A stretch of DNA of 64,000 nucleotides from Octopus sinensis. Lineage: Eukaryota. Location: positions 38,564,001 to 38,628,000 of the forward strand of contig NC_042998.1 of NCBI RefSeq assembly GCF_006345805.1, in the 5' to 3' direction. Position 1 is the stretch's first letter. Every line of letters begins with the position of its first letter. A program made the position numbers and the translations under genes. Of the stretch, positions 13,131 through 27,268 are shown one piece after another. Under the pieces are notes generated by a model that saw only the letters and a list, made by a program, of their open reading frames with translations, was not told the origin of the DNA and made no database searches.

Positions 13131-14080
13131 TACCTACTTAATTATATTTTACGGATAATACCCCAAATATTAATTACAGGAGGTTTAATCATTTAGATAT
13201 GGAGAACAGTTTATATTTAAGAAAAGTATTGAGTGCTAATTAACCCATCAGATTGTTCAGTCGATTGAACACATCAATGTTCAAATTCGTTAACGACGGA
13301 GGATCAATCACTCACATACATAGGACCAGACCACCTATACGCTTGTGCGTGTGCGTGTATTGGCTAAAATACCGAGGGTGTGCGTAAAATTAACAGTGAA
13401 TACTAATAGTATTTACTTTCAAAAAATATGCAAATGTAAGTATTTTCATTCAAATCATATTTCGAATATATTATACCAACGGAGAAATATTCAATTTATA
13501 GAAACACACCACCATATTGAATTCATCGAATATTCCCCCCCCCCCAACTGTCTGCATTACTTGTTATTCTTGTTTTGCAGACCGTTCGACAATGATAGGA
13601 AAGCTTAATCTGCATTATTGAAGATTGAACTGTATGAAAGTGTTTGTGTTGTTGAAGTTTAGGTTGGAAAGTGAATTTGGTAGTCTTGACTACACTAACC
13701 GCTCTGAAACTGCAACGCGGTCATAGCAGCAGCAGCAGTAGTAGTAAATATTGATATAGTCGTTGAAGTAGCGGTGGTAGTAGGAGTGACGCTCTTGTGT
13801 TCATGGCTGTATTATTTGCGGTTGTAGGGTGATATACGTAATACTAGTAGTAGTTGCAGCCTGCGCATGATCCATGGTTAAGAGGTCTAATTCCCAACTA
13901 CATGGTCCCTGGTTCTAACGCCCAGCTTCATTCTTTGAGCCACAGAATTGGTTTGAACAATACCTTTTGAGTAAAAGTTGATAGAGTTGAAGAATGTACA
14001 CATGCCAGTCGTCAGTCTCTTAGTGACTGTTTTGAATTCTATTTTAGAATATATATCTCTCTCTGTATATGTGTGTGTGT

Positions 14081-14115
<35 letters not shown>

Positions 14116-14489
14116 AACAGCTGTTGGGCTTATAACACCTTACTCCACCTCACCCCCTTGAATTTTCTTTGTCGGTTGTACACTGTGTATACATAGAAAT
14201 TCTTTGTCTGCAAGTCTCCATTTTTAGCTTTCTCTCGATTTGCCTGTACACACATCCACATATTTTGTATTTCATACCCAAACTGTTATATTTAATAATA
14301 TATCTAATTTGTTTCTCCGCATAATTGCCTCCACATCTACTCACCGTGAACCCACTTACAGAATTGATCCCCGTAAAGACATCGGAATCTAAGTTTGGAT
14401 CATTTGAACACTAAAAAGTCAATTCTGTGCTGAGAATCCCTCCATCTTATTTGTTGACTCTATATTTATATATAATATATATCCTTGTC

Positions 14490-14702
14490 TCTTTTATCTT
14501 TTCCTTGTTTTATTCATTAGACTGTGGCCAAGCAGGGGCACTGCCTTGAGTTTTCGTCGAATGAATCGACCCCCAGTACTTTGTTTTGTAAGTCTTGTAC
14601 TTATTCTATCCGTATCTTTTGCTGAACAGCTTAGTAGCGGGGACACAAACACACCGACACCGGGTGTCAGACAGTGGTCGGGGATATGCGCGCGCGCACA
14701 CT

Positions 14703-14756
<54 letters not shown>

Positions 14757-15089
14757 GAGGAGAATTACCAATGTCACTAAGTGTGACCAGGGTGTTAGGA
14801 AACACCTACATTGCTAGAAAATAAGAGCTAAACCGCGCTAATACACACTCGCACATACACACACGTATGTGTGTATATATATATATATATTTAAACACAC
14901 ACACATGTATGTATACACACATACACGAAAGGCTTCTTTCAGTTTTCGTCAGCCAAATCCACTGACAAAGTTTTGGTCGGCTCTAGGCTATAGTAGAAGA
15001 CACTTGCCTAAAGTGACACGCAACGGAGCTGAACCCAGAGCAATATGGTTGAAAAGCAAGCTTCTTACCCACCACACAGCCACGCCTTC
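14490..15089 (-). mobile_element. SINE family A split at its internal microsatellite
   Basis: The 3' half (14490-14685) and 5' half (14927-15089) are separated by (CA)n and unrelated sequence. Confidence 0.75.
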
Positions 15090-15299
15090 TATGAAAAGTG
15101 TAAGTAAATGTACCTCTGACTTGAAGCAAATTATATCCCATAATTCTAATCTCGTAGACATCCTAAAGCAAATCCGCTGAAGAGAGAATGTAACACTGAG
15201 GCTATTATTTATGAGGTTGAAGAATGTTCGACAAGCACGAGCCTAAACACCAATCAATAACGTTCCGTTGAATTAACCTAATAACCAACTACTTGGTGA

Positions 15300-15712
15300 C
15301 TGAGTCGATGAAGTAGATGAACTACTGGGAGATGCAAAAAGAACAGAAGCTCTACTTCCTAGAGAGAAGGCGTGAAAGATATTCAGTGATATACATATAG
15401 AAGATCCTTAAAGGTCTAGGTCCCAACTTTTGAACTGAAAGCTATAACAACTACCGAACTGGACGGCACTGCAGAAACTAAAGACCCTGTTTTCTTCATC
15501 TATAAGAAGGACCCAGTATTTTAACAGCTTGGGGTTCAGTGGGCCACAAATGTTCTGCATTCTGTCAAACAACCTTAGAAATGTAGGTCTTCAAAGAGAG
15601 TCTCGACAAATTTTTATCTGAGATACCATATGAACTCATATCGCTGCTGAAGGCACAAAGAGTGGCAGCTCCCTCCAACTCACTATTTCATCAAGAACAA
15701 TAGAGAAAAGAA
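15300..15712 (+). mobile_element. CR1/L2-group LINE, decayed ORF2 C-terminus
   Basis: MNYWEMQKEQKLYFLERRRERYSVIYI*KILKGLGPNF...FKESLDKFLSEIP...SNSL, the typical post-RT region. Confidence 0.75.
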
Positions 15713-16925
15713 ACCCAAACACAGTGAAGGGGGCGCTGAAGCCCCGACTAAAACCAGTAAAAGATAAAAGCTGAAGAAACCGTGCAGCCTTATTCAGAAA
15801 GAGAAATCACAAATTTTGTTACATTTCACAATTGAAATTGAAACAGAAGGCATAATATTTGATATCAGCTGAAAAAATCGAAAACTACAAATTCTACACA
15901 AATGCTTTGAAGAGATGTCAACTCGGCACTGCATGCACGAGAGAAAAATCGATACTCAAAATTGGGCACAACCACCATAAGCCTTATTTTGTCCAAGAAT
16001 AGATATTATTCCCGCAAACTTTGGCCCAAAAGTATTTCTTCAAGGATTTCAAGCATATTTCCGTAAAGTTTCCTCGAATTCTCCCAGAATGTTCAAATAT
16101 TTTTTGCGAAGATTCTCATTTTCACTATTATACTCGCGCTCCCGCTGTATCCTTCCATTAGATGTTGCAAATAGATGAGAGAAAGAGAGATAGAGAGAGA
16201 GATGAGGTGCAAGAGTGTGTATTTGTATGCGGTTGTATCCCTAACATTGTGTGCCTAAAGTACGGTTGAGTTACATATCTCAACAAGATGATCAAAAGTG
16301 ACTGGATAGTAAACTTCCTGACCTGGGCCAAGAGGACAGCTTTCAGGTTTATTCAATATATAGAATATATTCTCAATATATATGATGTATATCTTTCCAA
16401 ATTCAGATTTCCTGCGCACATGGAATCACTTAATGGAGTTGCATATGACATATGAATAGACTTAACTGTTGTTGTTTTGCTAAATATTCTCAGACTTAAA
16501 TGGCCTGGCGATGCTAATAAAATTGTTGAGGAAATTCGGATATGAAGCTGTCAGTTGCACTGTTTATCGTGCAATTTGAATCTATATATCTGAATCAATG
16601 GAGTGTGCGAGTGTGTATGCATGTGTACTTGCATATGTGTTTGTGTGTGTGCGCGTGTGTGTACGAAAACTTCCTACAGATGCCGCCTGCATAAATAACG
16701 TTTATTTTTAAGTGAAGGTTAACATAATCGATGCGATAAACATTTTTGTGAGTTAAAATTATAAACATAGTGAGAGGAAAAGTGATTACGTTTAAAGAAA
16801 TTTATTTTCAGAAGGACAAAAAAGATAACTCCTGAAATGTCATAGATGTAAATGAAGAAACGCTGGACCAAATTGATTCTGATCATTGATGACTCATTCT
16901 CAGATGTTAGTAGCTATGTGGCATC

Positions 16926-16961
16926 TAGACTGATGAAGTAGAATGAAACCGAAACGTAATC
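16926..16961 (+). ncRNA. Minimal hammerhead-like motif
   Basis: ga-CTGATGA-agtagaatgaaacc-GAAA-CGTA-atc. Core intact, palindromic ACGT stem III, weak stems I and II. Confidence 0.45.
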
Positions 16962-18142
16962 AGAGTTGATATAACTGCAAAACACCAGGCTTACTGCCTA
17001 TACATATATCCATTTGTTTATATGTTTGTGCGTGTGTCTGGGTATATTTGCGAAAGATATATAGACAAGAATAGGTTGGTGGTGCATCGAATAAAATTGA
17101 TTTTATTCAATGACTGAATTCTTGAAAAACGAATCATTGATCCAACGAAGTTATTTTATTTTTTTTACAAATGCATGAAATTAAATTAATAATTAGAAAT
17201 GCTCGAAAATTAATTACTCTACAAAACTTTCAGAATGTATTAGTCGGAACTACATTGCAAAATGATAGAATGATGGAATGCTCGCTCTAACTTGCCAGAG
17301 TTTTTATTTTCATTAGAAGTTGTCAGTGTGCTACAAATGAATATATAGTTACATAATTGTTTAGTCTGTTCCAGAGGACTTTCCGGCCAGGGACCACCAT
17401 GTATAACTTCCAGATGTCCTTGGCATGGCAGAGCTACCAAGGCACGCTTCCGACTCGAGATGAACTCTACATACACTTGTTCAGTGTCCAGGCATTGCTG
17501 AACTGCGGGGTTAGAAGCAATTCAGTAATGAGGGTATGTCGAACAGCTGCGGTCGCGTGTGGCATGGATCTATTTATCGGCCAAGTCCATAGTAAAGACT
17601 GCCCCACCGATTTCCTTTAATCGGGCAGATAAGGCAGTTTTTCTCTGCCTGGTAGCGGTGGCGAAAGAGGTTGTCTGGTGTACAAGGTAGACACGCATGG
17701 GGATAGAGACTTTCCTCTTTGGCGGATTCCTCATCGAGTTTCCCTTCAAGTTTCACTTCAAAAAGAAAATTAAGGTGGAGAAGGAGGTGCTAAATGAATG
17801 TATTGAAAAGTAAGTGAAAGTTTCGAAAATGGTAGCTAGAGTGGATGGTAGCACTCTAAGTATGGGCCTGTAAGTCGGAGAACAAGAATTAGAGAGGACA
17901 CTTGCCTTTCGTGTTCAGGGAGATCTTGCACAGTGTGGTTCCTCGATTATCCGTTGAAGTCTTCCACACATCAACCACACATTTTATACTGTATATACTT
18001 TACACACACACACGTTTATATATTCGCTTTGCAAGATTCTTGATGTGAAATCGTGTGTTGAAACAGATATTGCTGTATTTGGGGATGGTCATATTGCCAG
18101 TTTAGCCAATAAAAACACACGCACTATATATTTGGTGTTAAA

Positions 18143-19665
18143 AGGGTAGGTTCTACCGATTAGGGATTTGCCTGGCCTTTCTACAACTTAAGTCGCTTAA
18201 GTTTCTCTAGGTCCCTTCTAAAGCGGTACGCCAGTTCGCCTCTAGGGGTGGTGTCGATGAACATGACACTCTGGTATTTGTGGCTACCATGAGTTGGTCT
18301 TTCCTATTTTCTTCTTAGTCCTTTCAATGGTGTTCCATGACTTGCTCCTATAGAGTGGGCAAATACCATTCCTATCGTTACGTACGATAGTTTCAAATTT
18401 CCTCATGGCTCCATTGTATACTCTGATCCTTTCCCTATGGCTGTATCCCGAGAGAACAGCATGAGGTGAACGAAGTGTTGTATGTGTCTCTTTAACTCTG
18501 TAGGGTCGCACATGCGGAACGCATTTCGCATTACTCCGACGAGGTCTGCCATCAATATATTGAATTTAGCATTGTCTGCGATAGCTGACTTCCGGTGGAT
18601 CAGGTATTTAGAGGCCATAGATTTGGCATAGTGTGAATGAAAGATTCCGGTTTTATTATTCTCAGTTTCCAGCCAGAGTTTTGTATCTAGTACTGGTAGT
18701 CTATGGTTAGGGTGTTTAGTAGGGTAGTCTATTGTGACATTAATACTCTGGTGGATGGAGTTGGCTATTTGCTGAATACTCCCCATAGTATTAGTTTCTA
18801 TTTCTATTTCAAGAGTACTCTCTTGTTGGGGTGCCTTTACCACTATGTTGATATCATCGACATAGCGAGAGTACATCTTCACGAGTATGGAGTTCCGTAT
18901 CAGGCGTTCCTTAAGCTTTCTGTCCCACCAATATCATGAAAAGGTTGGCTACATCACCGGCGATACTAACCCCGATGGTTGCCCCCTCAGCCTTGGTGTA
19001 TATTTTGTTGTTAAACTTAGGCGTGTGGGTTTTTAGGGTAACTCTTATACTAGCTCCTAGTGCATGTGCGATCATTTTCTTTACCTGATAATCATTTGCG
19101 GGGGTCCGTATGGCTCTGGTCCATCCGCTCCATCTCTTTGTAGGAGTCCTCCTAGCCAAAGAAGTAATTGTTGGTGGTCTACTTCTTTAACGTCTACTGG
19201 GGCAGAAACTTCTAAGGCCGTGTTTATCTAGATATTCAATGTCATATGTCAGTCTAGGTAGGAGGCCCAGTTCCTCTGTGTTGACATTGCTGAACTCCAC
19301 TTCGCTCTCATTGATCATCTCCACGCACTTCTGCACCGCAAAATCCACGTCGATAGATGGGTATAGGGATACCACATCCATGCTACCCAATACACATCCT
19401 GTCAGGTCGCAGGTGTTGTTACAGTCGTTGATCCTGCTGAGGAGATCTTCCGTGCTGTCACAAACATCAGGTGACATCCGGATTATGGGGCATATATGAT
19501 CATTGAGAAGATGTAGAAGATCCTGTAGTTGCTAGTGATATACGCCCCACAGACTGGTCTTGTTGGTGGTCCCGCCACAGGATCAGTGGTTACTTTGTGG
19601 TCCTTGCGAAGTCGATACAGTGTCGGGATATCATTTTTCCAGGCTTGGAAATTGTTGGCCGTGCG
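18143..19665 (-). mobile_element. Penelope-like element reverse transcriptase, frameshifted and truncated
   Basis: Consecutive ORFs carry PTLYRLRKDHK..PPTRPVCGA, GSMDVVSLYPSID, GATIGVSIAGDVANLFM, YSRYVDDINIV, RLPVLDTKLW, the thumb HYAKSMASKYLIHRKSA and the linker VMFIDTTPRGEL. No GIY-YIG domain is retained. Confidence 0.92.
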
Positions 19666-19708
19666 TATGTTTTTATTGGCTAAACTGGCAACATATAAAA
19701 TAAACAAG

Positions 19709-19803
<95 letters not shown>

Positions 19804-19929
19804 GTGTGTGTGTGTGTGTGTATCATTTCAGTATATGTAAATCCATACATATTATGTCTGTCTTTGTATTGCCCACTCATCTTCGCGCCCTGGTGGCAAC
19901 TAAGAGAAATCATTAACATTATTATTATT

Positions 19930-20130
19930 AAGTCGGTGAGCTGGCAGAATCGTTAGCTCGCTGGGAAAAATGTTTAGCGGCATTTCGTACGTCTTTGCGT
20001 TCTGAGTCCAAATTCCGCAAGGTCAGTTTTACTGTTCATCCTTTCAGGGTCGATAAAATAAGTCCCAGTTAATCGATGTAATCGACGTATCCTTGCTCCC
20101 GAAATTGCTGAATTTGTGTCAAAATTTGAA
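19930..20130 (+). mobile_element. SINE family B, diverged, (ATC)n tail
   Basis: aagtcggtgagctggcagaatcgttagc head and ttcatcctttcagggtcgataaaataagt core. Confidence 0.8.
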
Positions 20131-20822
20131 ATCATCATCATCATCACAATTATTATCATAATCATCGTTATTGAGTGAGAGTGCAGTGCATGCCACCAAA
20201 GTAACACTGGGGTTAAAATATACGAAGCCCAGTATACTCATCATGACTACACGTTTGATAAGGGTACACAAGGCACATGCATCACATATGTGCATGACAT
20301 GGTGATCTCATATCAAGATAAACAGCGCATGACCTTGCAGGTGGGGCCCAGTTAGAATTTTCTTCAGGTCGAGTAGCCCATTCTGCTCAAAACGTCTCAC
20401 GAATAAGGATTGTTTAAGGATGTTGGACAAAACATGCATGTTTCCAAAGGTTAATTATCCAAACCCCTAAGAATTCCTCTCAACACACGGCTATGATACT
20501 CCCCCACTGCTTCTGCTCGTGATCAGAGATACACATATCGTCAGCCACTAAGGGACATACTCAACTGGTTAAGGCCAAGCAGCTGACCAGCAACGTTGGT
20601 ATGTTTGCGTCTATTCCTGGATATTTGCACTAATGGAGCATTAACTTACATGGATTTACACAGGATTACCCCTAAGGATTTACGGACTTCTACACGATCC
20701 GAAATTTGAACTGTGAACTTTTATGCTTCTTTCTTCTTCTCTTTCTTCATCTCCTTATTCCTTCTCTCCTGCCCTCTATGTCGTCATTTCATTAATCTAT
20801 ACCCTTCTCATTTTCCCTATTT

Positions 20823-20878
20823 GTCTCCGATGACGGAATATCCCATACTCTGGGATATCCCCAAAACAGCTGTAAGAC
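20823..20878 (+). ncRNA. Type I hammerhead-like motif (degenerate core) in a pLTR-like repeat
   Basis: GTCT-CCGATGA-C-GGAATATCCCA-tactc-TGGGATATCC-CC-AAAA-CAGCTG-TA-AGAC. Perfect stem I, long stem II, palindromic stem III; U4C and G12A changes. Confidence 0.65.
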
Positions 20879-20964
20879 TTTGCATTTTCCCAATAATAAT
20901 AACGCATATGACTTGAGATGCTTGTCTTGCCTTAACGTTTGTTGTCCTCTTTAAGAATTATAAA

Positions 20965-21063
20965 TACATACATACATACATACATACATACATACATACA
21001 TACATACATACATACATACATACGTACGTACGTACGTACGTACGTACGTACGTACGTACGTAC
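20965..21063. repeat. Compound tetranucleotide microsatellite (TACA)n-(TACG)n
   Basis: Directly visible in the sequence. Confidence 0.95.
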
Positions 21064-21133
21064 GCGTGTGTATGTATATATATATATAAATCAAATGGGG
21101 TGATTATAATCAATATATATATATGCACACACT

Positions 21134-21295
21134 ACGGGTTTCTTTCAGTTTCCGTCTATTAAGCCTATTCATAAGGCTTTTGTCGGTCCGGAGGCTATAG
21201 TAGAAGACACATGTTTAAGGTGCCACGCTGTGGAGTTGAACCGGAACCATGTGGATGCGAAACCAACTTCCCACCCATACGCCCACGCCCTGCGC
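21134..21295 (-). mobile_element. SINE family A 5' half
   Basis: ttctttcagtttccgtcta...aaggtgccacgc...ccggaaccatgtgg. Confidence 0.8.
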
Positions 21296-22386
21296 ACAAA
21301 AAGAAATAACATCAACATTTTGTTTTTCCCCATCTTAATATCAAGTGAGATTTGGTAAGCGACAAATTTACGATGTAAAAACTGAAATGCATTGGAAGGA
21401 AAGACTTAATTCTAGAATTACGAATGAATCACATTTAGCTGTTAACTGGCGGAAAAGAAGAACTCTTCTTTTATTTTCAGTGTCACATCGCTTTCTTTAT
21501 AGAAGAGAATTTGTATGCTGACTCTATGTCAATATCATATACAAGTAAGCTGATGCGCGCACACACACACACACAGATATATAGGTACATACACACATAC
21601 ATGTGCATACATAAACGCGCGCACACAGGTATATATGTGTGCGTGTATATGCAAATATACATAGGTATAAAATGACCATCATAAACCACATCAGTTAATT
21701 GATAATCAGACACAAGAAGAACAACAACAACCAGCAGCTCATGGCGGCGATGATGAGGATGAAGATGAGGTACATGCAGAGAAAGAATGGGGGGGGGGCG
21801 AAATGAAGTAGAAGAATGAGTAAAAAATAAATAAAAAAAGAGAAAGGGTGAGAGCAGGAAATGATGATGGAAACGATGAAGTACGGCTGCGTATTAAATG
21901 AATTTTAACTATTATAAATGGTTTTGTAATAAGACGTGTAGATTAATCCATTTAAGATTAGGAGCTTGGAATTTCATGAGTGTCGCAGCATAAATTACAA
22001 TACAAATAACAATAGACGTCGTGTTGTTTATTGTGATGGAATTTGAATATCACTTTCAGTAATCACATGTAACATACAAAGAAAGTCATGTCTCAGTTTA
22101 GCAAAATGCTTTCAATGAATGGATCACACACATGCACACAGCCGAACAAATCCATGTATATGTGTGGCGGTGGTGGTGGGGTTACGTGGGATGGGTTTGT
22201 ATGTGCGCGCGCGCACACGATGTATATGTGTGTGAGTGTATATGTAATGGGTGTGGCATGAATATGAATAATATACGAGTAAAATTTTTACATTGTTCTC
22301 TTCTGAAGGAGTATGGAATTATGTGTTTTTAATAAACAGCACAAATGTTACATAAAATTGTGTAATCAATGCAATTTAGATAAAGA

Positions 22387-22552
22387 CAGGTGTTGCAGTG
22401 TCGGCAAAGAATCCTGCTTCGCAACCATGTGCAGTTAGGTTCAGTCCCACTGTGCGGCATCTTGGTAAACGTTTTCCACTTGGCTCCTGGACCAACCGAA
22501 GCTATATGTGAATGGATTTGGGAGATTGAAACTGAAAAAAGCTCGTCTTCTG
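22387..22552 (+). mobile_element. SINE family A 5' half, diverged
   Basis: ggttcagtcccactgtgcggcatcttgg...gtgaatggatttgg...gaaactgaaa. Confidence 0.7.
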
Positions 22553-22714
22553 TATATATATATATATATGTGTGTGGCTGAAGATTGCTTGACATTTTAA
22601 AACTTATGTAATACTTACAATGTTTAATAAAATGAAGTAGCATGAAACAATTGTACTACACTATCTTGGATATCTTTGTTGCCTATTTTGATATATATAT
22701 ATATATATAGTTAA

Positions 22715-22900
22715 TCCAAACAAGAAAGCACAAAAAAACACAACGCGAGGACGTGGAACAAATATAGTATTATTGGACGATCAGGAAAGAAGGTGGGTTT
22801 AACGTTTCGAGCGGAGCTCTTCGTCGGAAACATAGAAGGAAAGATCCAGAGAAGGGAAGACAGAGGGAAATAAATCGGCAAACCTCGAATATTGCTGCCC
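22715..22900 (-). mobile_element. Penelope-type pLTR fragment with minimal hammerhead-like motif
   Basis: Minus strand 22797-22831 reads GTTT-CCGACGA-AGAGC-tcc-GCTC-GAAA-CGT-T-AAAC, in a pyrimidine-rich UTR that abuts (TA)n. Confidence 0.65.
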
Positions 22901-22949
22901 CCTGTGGTCTCCCCATACAAAACAAAATATTTCCAAAATTAAATCACCC

Positions 22950-23110
22950 CAGAGGTAATTCACAAAAAGAATTAAGGGTATGAGTGATCTCGATTATTGG
23001 GACCACCTTGAAGCATTGAAACTCTATTCTCTCCAGCGTCACCGTGAGCGATACACCATTTTCACGATGTGGAGAATATACCACCAGCATTGCCAAAAAT
23101 GCCTCAACAT
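22950..23110 (+). mobile_element. CR1-group LINE fragment
   Basis: QR*FTKRIKGMSDLDYWDHLEALKLYSLQRHRERYTIFTMWRI. Confidence 0.75.
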
Positions 23111-23117
23111 TTGGTAT

Positions 23118-23172
<55 letters not shown>

Positions 23173-23173
23173 G

Positions 23174-23204
<31 letters not shown>

Positions 23205-23425
23205 TAGTCTACGCTCAGTTTCGTCAACTAATTCCATTCACAAGGTTTTGGTTGGTACTAGCCGAAGGTATCATGCAGTGGGACTGAACCTGGAACCGTG
23301 TGGTTGGGAAGCAAATTTTTTATCACACATTAGTCTCTGTGCTTTTATACATACATGTGTGTGTGTTATTAAAGAGGAACACACCACCAACAAAAAACAT
23401 ATATATACATGCATAGATGTGTGTG

Positions 23426-23469
<44 letters not shown>

Positions 23470-24779
23470 GTTCGTTTCTATGTCTACATGTGTGTGTATG
23501 TATTATTTGACGTCTATACTTTACATCTTTATTAGTTTTAGACGTTGAACATTAGCACCAACCTTAAAAGATTTAGTCGATCATATCAATTCTAATGGAT
23601 ATTTCAGTTTTGATATTTCTTCTATCGATTTGTAGCTATCGAATTGCTAATTGACGTGACAGTAAGGTACACAAAATATAACGTCATGGTTTCATAGATT
23701 TTCTGTGTGTTATGAAATTTGATTGTGCATTGATAAACAATGTCTTCAGTAAAACATTTAGGTGTGAGAGGGTATTTGCGAGAATTATTACAGTCAGGTT
23801 AGTAGTATGTTAGTGAGTGGTAGATCTATAAAATCTACGAAATTTATGTATGTCAGATGATGCTAAGCTTTGACAACGTTGGCAGTAATAGAGTATAATA
23901 TATTTTAATAGCATTTCTATTAAAACTCTGACAGTATTTCTGCTCCAAGAAATTATTTCTAAGGGGGGAAAAGAAATTGAGTGTTGTATTAAACAGAAGA
24001 GTAAATCAAGTTACCATTCCAGTCTAGTTTTCTTTATCTTTTAATAGTGTTAGTGACTGTGGTGGTGGTGGTGGGGGGGGGTTCTTTGAAAGTATTACCA
24101 GCGAAAGCTTTACTATAATATAGAAAGTTATTTTGGCACAAGTGATTGTCTGCTGATAGCTGCGTTTGAGGTTGATATAGTTTTTCTTGTTTGGGTAGAA
24201 TATTTATAGGATCTCATTTGGTTTATGATTACACAATAAAGAATTAGTAATATCAACGAATAATTTTAAGAAATTGGTTTTGGTAAGGTTTGATTAAAAT
24301 GTGATGTAGAAGCCAATATATAATAACAATTATATTAGTTGTTCTTAAAATATCAGTTGTTTCCAGGCTAAGGTTTTCTGAAATAAGTAGTCCATACTTT
24401 CACTTTATCCGTCAGTTACGCCCTGTAATTAAGATTTCTTGTTTTGAGGCATGAATAACCCAACAATGTCACTGGTATTGTTCGAGTGTAAAGCCTCCAT
24501 TGAATCGTCTAAAGAGATTTCTTAATGATTTATTAACCCAACAAGCATCACTTTTCTAACATATATCAATTATTTAATTGAATAACTCTGTTGGATATCT
24601 AGAGAAAAAACCACTTTTAGTGAGTATACGTGAAGAAATATACGTAATAATTATATAATCAAATAGGAGAAATTTCGTATAACTTCCGTTCAAATGAGTC
24701 GAAATTATTTGATAAGAGGCAAGAGCAAAACTTATACATACATACATACATACATACATATATTATTTATGCATACGTC

Positions 24780-24947
24780 AACAAGTCGCCATGGTTGATT
24801 GTTAAATCCACTATTTTTTTTTTAATTCTCTCTCTTTATTTTCTCTTATTCCTTTCTGCAGGAGCGTAGGTTCGAAACGTAAAAGACTTACTCACTCTTG
24901 TTGTTCATACACCCGTCTCCGTCGTTTGTTTTTCTGTAACTTTCAAC
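24780..24947 (+). mobile_element. Penelope-type pLTR fragment with decayed hammerhead-like motif
   Basis: ctttctgcaggagcgtaggttcgaaacgtaaaag; same family as 45170-45300 and 62385-62545; ends in (TATG)n. Confidence 0.6.
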
Positions 24948-25286
24948 TATGTATGTATGTATGTATGTATGTATGTATGTATGTATGTATGTATGTATGT
25001 ATGTATGTATGTATGTATGTATGTATGTATGTATGTATGTATGTATGTATGTATGCATGTATGCATGCATGCATGCATGCACGTGTGTCTATGGTGATGC
25101 AAACAGGAAAATATGAACTCAAAATATGAGTATATGTATATTTTTATTAATATTTAGCAGAGGCAACGGACTTACTCATGGGCCAAGAGTTTAGCGTGTT
25201 GGCCCTTATCAAACGTGTGATAAGTGCCAACGCACGAAACTCTCAGCCCTTGAATCACGCTGTTTCTTCTGCTAATCACACACACG

Positions 25287-25323
<37 letters not shown>

Positions 25324-25886
25324 ACAAAACGCATTTGTCCTGAGTATGACTTTAACTGGCATTCAGTAGAGAGTCCCTGGAACCAGAATTCCAGGGCTTC
25401 GAGGAGTTTCAAATGGGAGTGAAATTTAACAATTTTAGTATATTGAAATCTTCCCACGATCTCCAGGAGAAAATAACTTTGGTAGTAATTTCCATGTGTC
25501 ATACCAAAATACCCATTTGAAAAGCATTTCATTTCTAGCGTTGTTACATAAAATTGTAACTACAAGAAAAAGTACATGAAACCCTCTTTAATTTTCTCTA
25601 TCAAAGTTATTGAAAATACTTATGGATCAAAGAGACTCAAATATGTATGCGTCTAAATATAATATTATCTGATTGCAAGAAATTTTACATTTATGAATAA
25701 TTCATTATGTTCTGTTACGAAGATCTTCATTTACAATTTTTTTTTTTGTATGCATAAAATATGTAACGCATAAGCACAAAATTTATAAGCTCACTCACTC
25801 TCTCTTACACACACACGTATAATATGGATATATATATATATATATATATTTATATACATGCGCGCGCGCACATGTATGTATGTATG

Positions 25887-25964
<78 letters not shown>

Positions 25965-27099
25965 GCGCAGGCAACAACATACACGCAAATAGAAACATAT
26001 GTGTGAACCATATTTTCTCACATATTTTCAAACGGAAATAACTGAGGCCATGTAAATGACATGTATTGTATATTAACATTCTTTGGGGGAATCCATATTT
26101 TTTTGCTGCAACCTATAGCATTGCAAACTATTAAGAATTCGTCAATGTTTCCTTCATCTTATAGCGATCAAATATGCTCTATCCATGCTACTCATTTACA
26201 CTTAAGTGGAGGATGTTTTACTAAAAGACTCTTTTCCTCTGTGTGTGTGTGTGTGCGCGCACGCAGTTTTTGTTTCGTTGCCTGTAAAGAGACACAATGT
26301 CTGTGCTGGTTTTCGTGTTCTGTTAGTTTTTACTCTCAGAATACGGAAAGACAGAAAAACAAGAAACGAGGAAAAGCAGAAGGGGTGCAAAAAAGTGTCA
26401 TTCAAGCGAAGAAATGAATAGCATTCAGAAATGACTAAAAGAATAAGCAACAAGTTCATATTTCTTTTGTGCTAAATTGTACTTAACAATAGGGTCGACG
26501 GTTACTGAGCCTCAAAGAAAATATGACTAAATTTATACCGACGCGATTTGAACTCGAAAACGAAAAGCTGCCTTTACCAACAGTAATTATTGTCAACTTT
26601 ATTCATTAATACACCACATCCACTAGTATTAAAATGCATTGCTTCAAACCTTTACCTCAAACTTTGTTTCTTCTACAATAACTAGAATGTACCTGTCCCT
26701 GTGAATTAGCTTAATAATACCTACAGTTAAGCGCAATTTAGCTACAGTCAGTGATCTCTGATATGCATAACATAATGCACAAATGCATAAGAAAGCAGAA
26801 GCAAAAACGATAAAACAAGTAGAAACAGCAAAATACTTTCAGACTGAATATATTTTGTGAAATTTACTTCTAGATTTCGATTCAAACTCGTGATTTACGA
26901 TGAATATTGATTTTGAGAGGATGGCAATAAAAAAAAAGGAGGAACAGACAGCAGAAGACACAGAGAGGGTGAGAGGGGTGGAAGAAAGAGAGAAAGACAG
27001 GGGAATAATTTTTTGTAAATGCTATATATGTAACTTTAAAACCTTAGCATGTAGGATTCCGATAAGGTTTTTTTTTTATTGGTACTAAATACGAAACAA

Positions 27100-27268
27100 A
27101 GGCGGCGAGTTGGCAGAATCGTTAGCACGTCGATCCGTTTCATCCGTCTTTACGTTCTGGGTTCAAATGCTGCTGGGAGTCGACTTTGTCTTTCATCCTT
27201 TCTGGGTTGATAAACCAAGTACCAGTTGGACACTGGGGTCGATGTGATCGACTTAGCCCCTTTCCCGA
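27100..27268 (+). mobile_element. SINE family B
   Basis: aggcggcgagttggcagaatcgttagcacg head and gtcgactttgtctttcatcctttc core. Confidence 0.8.
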
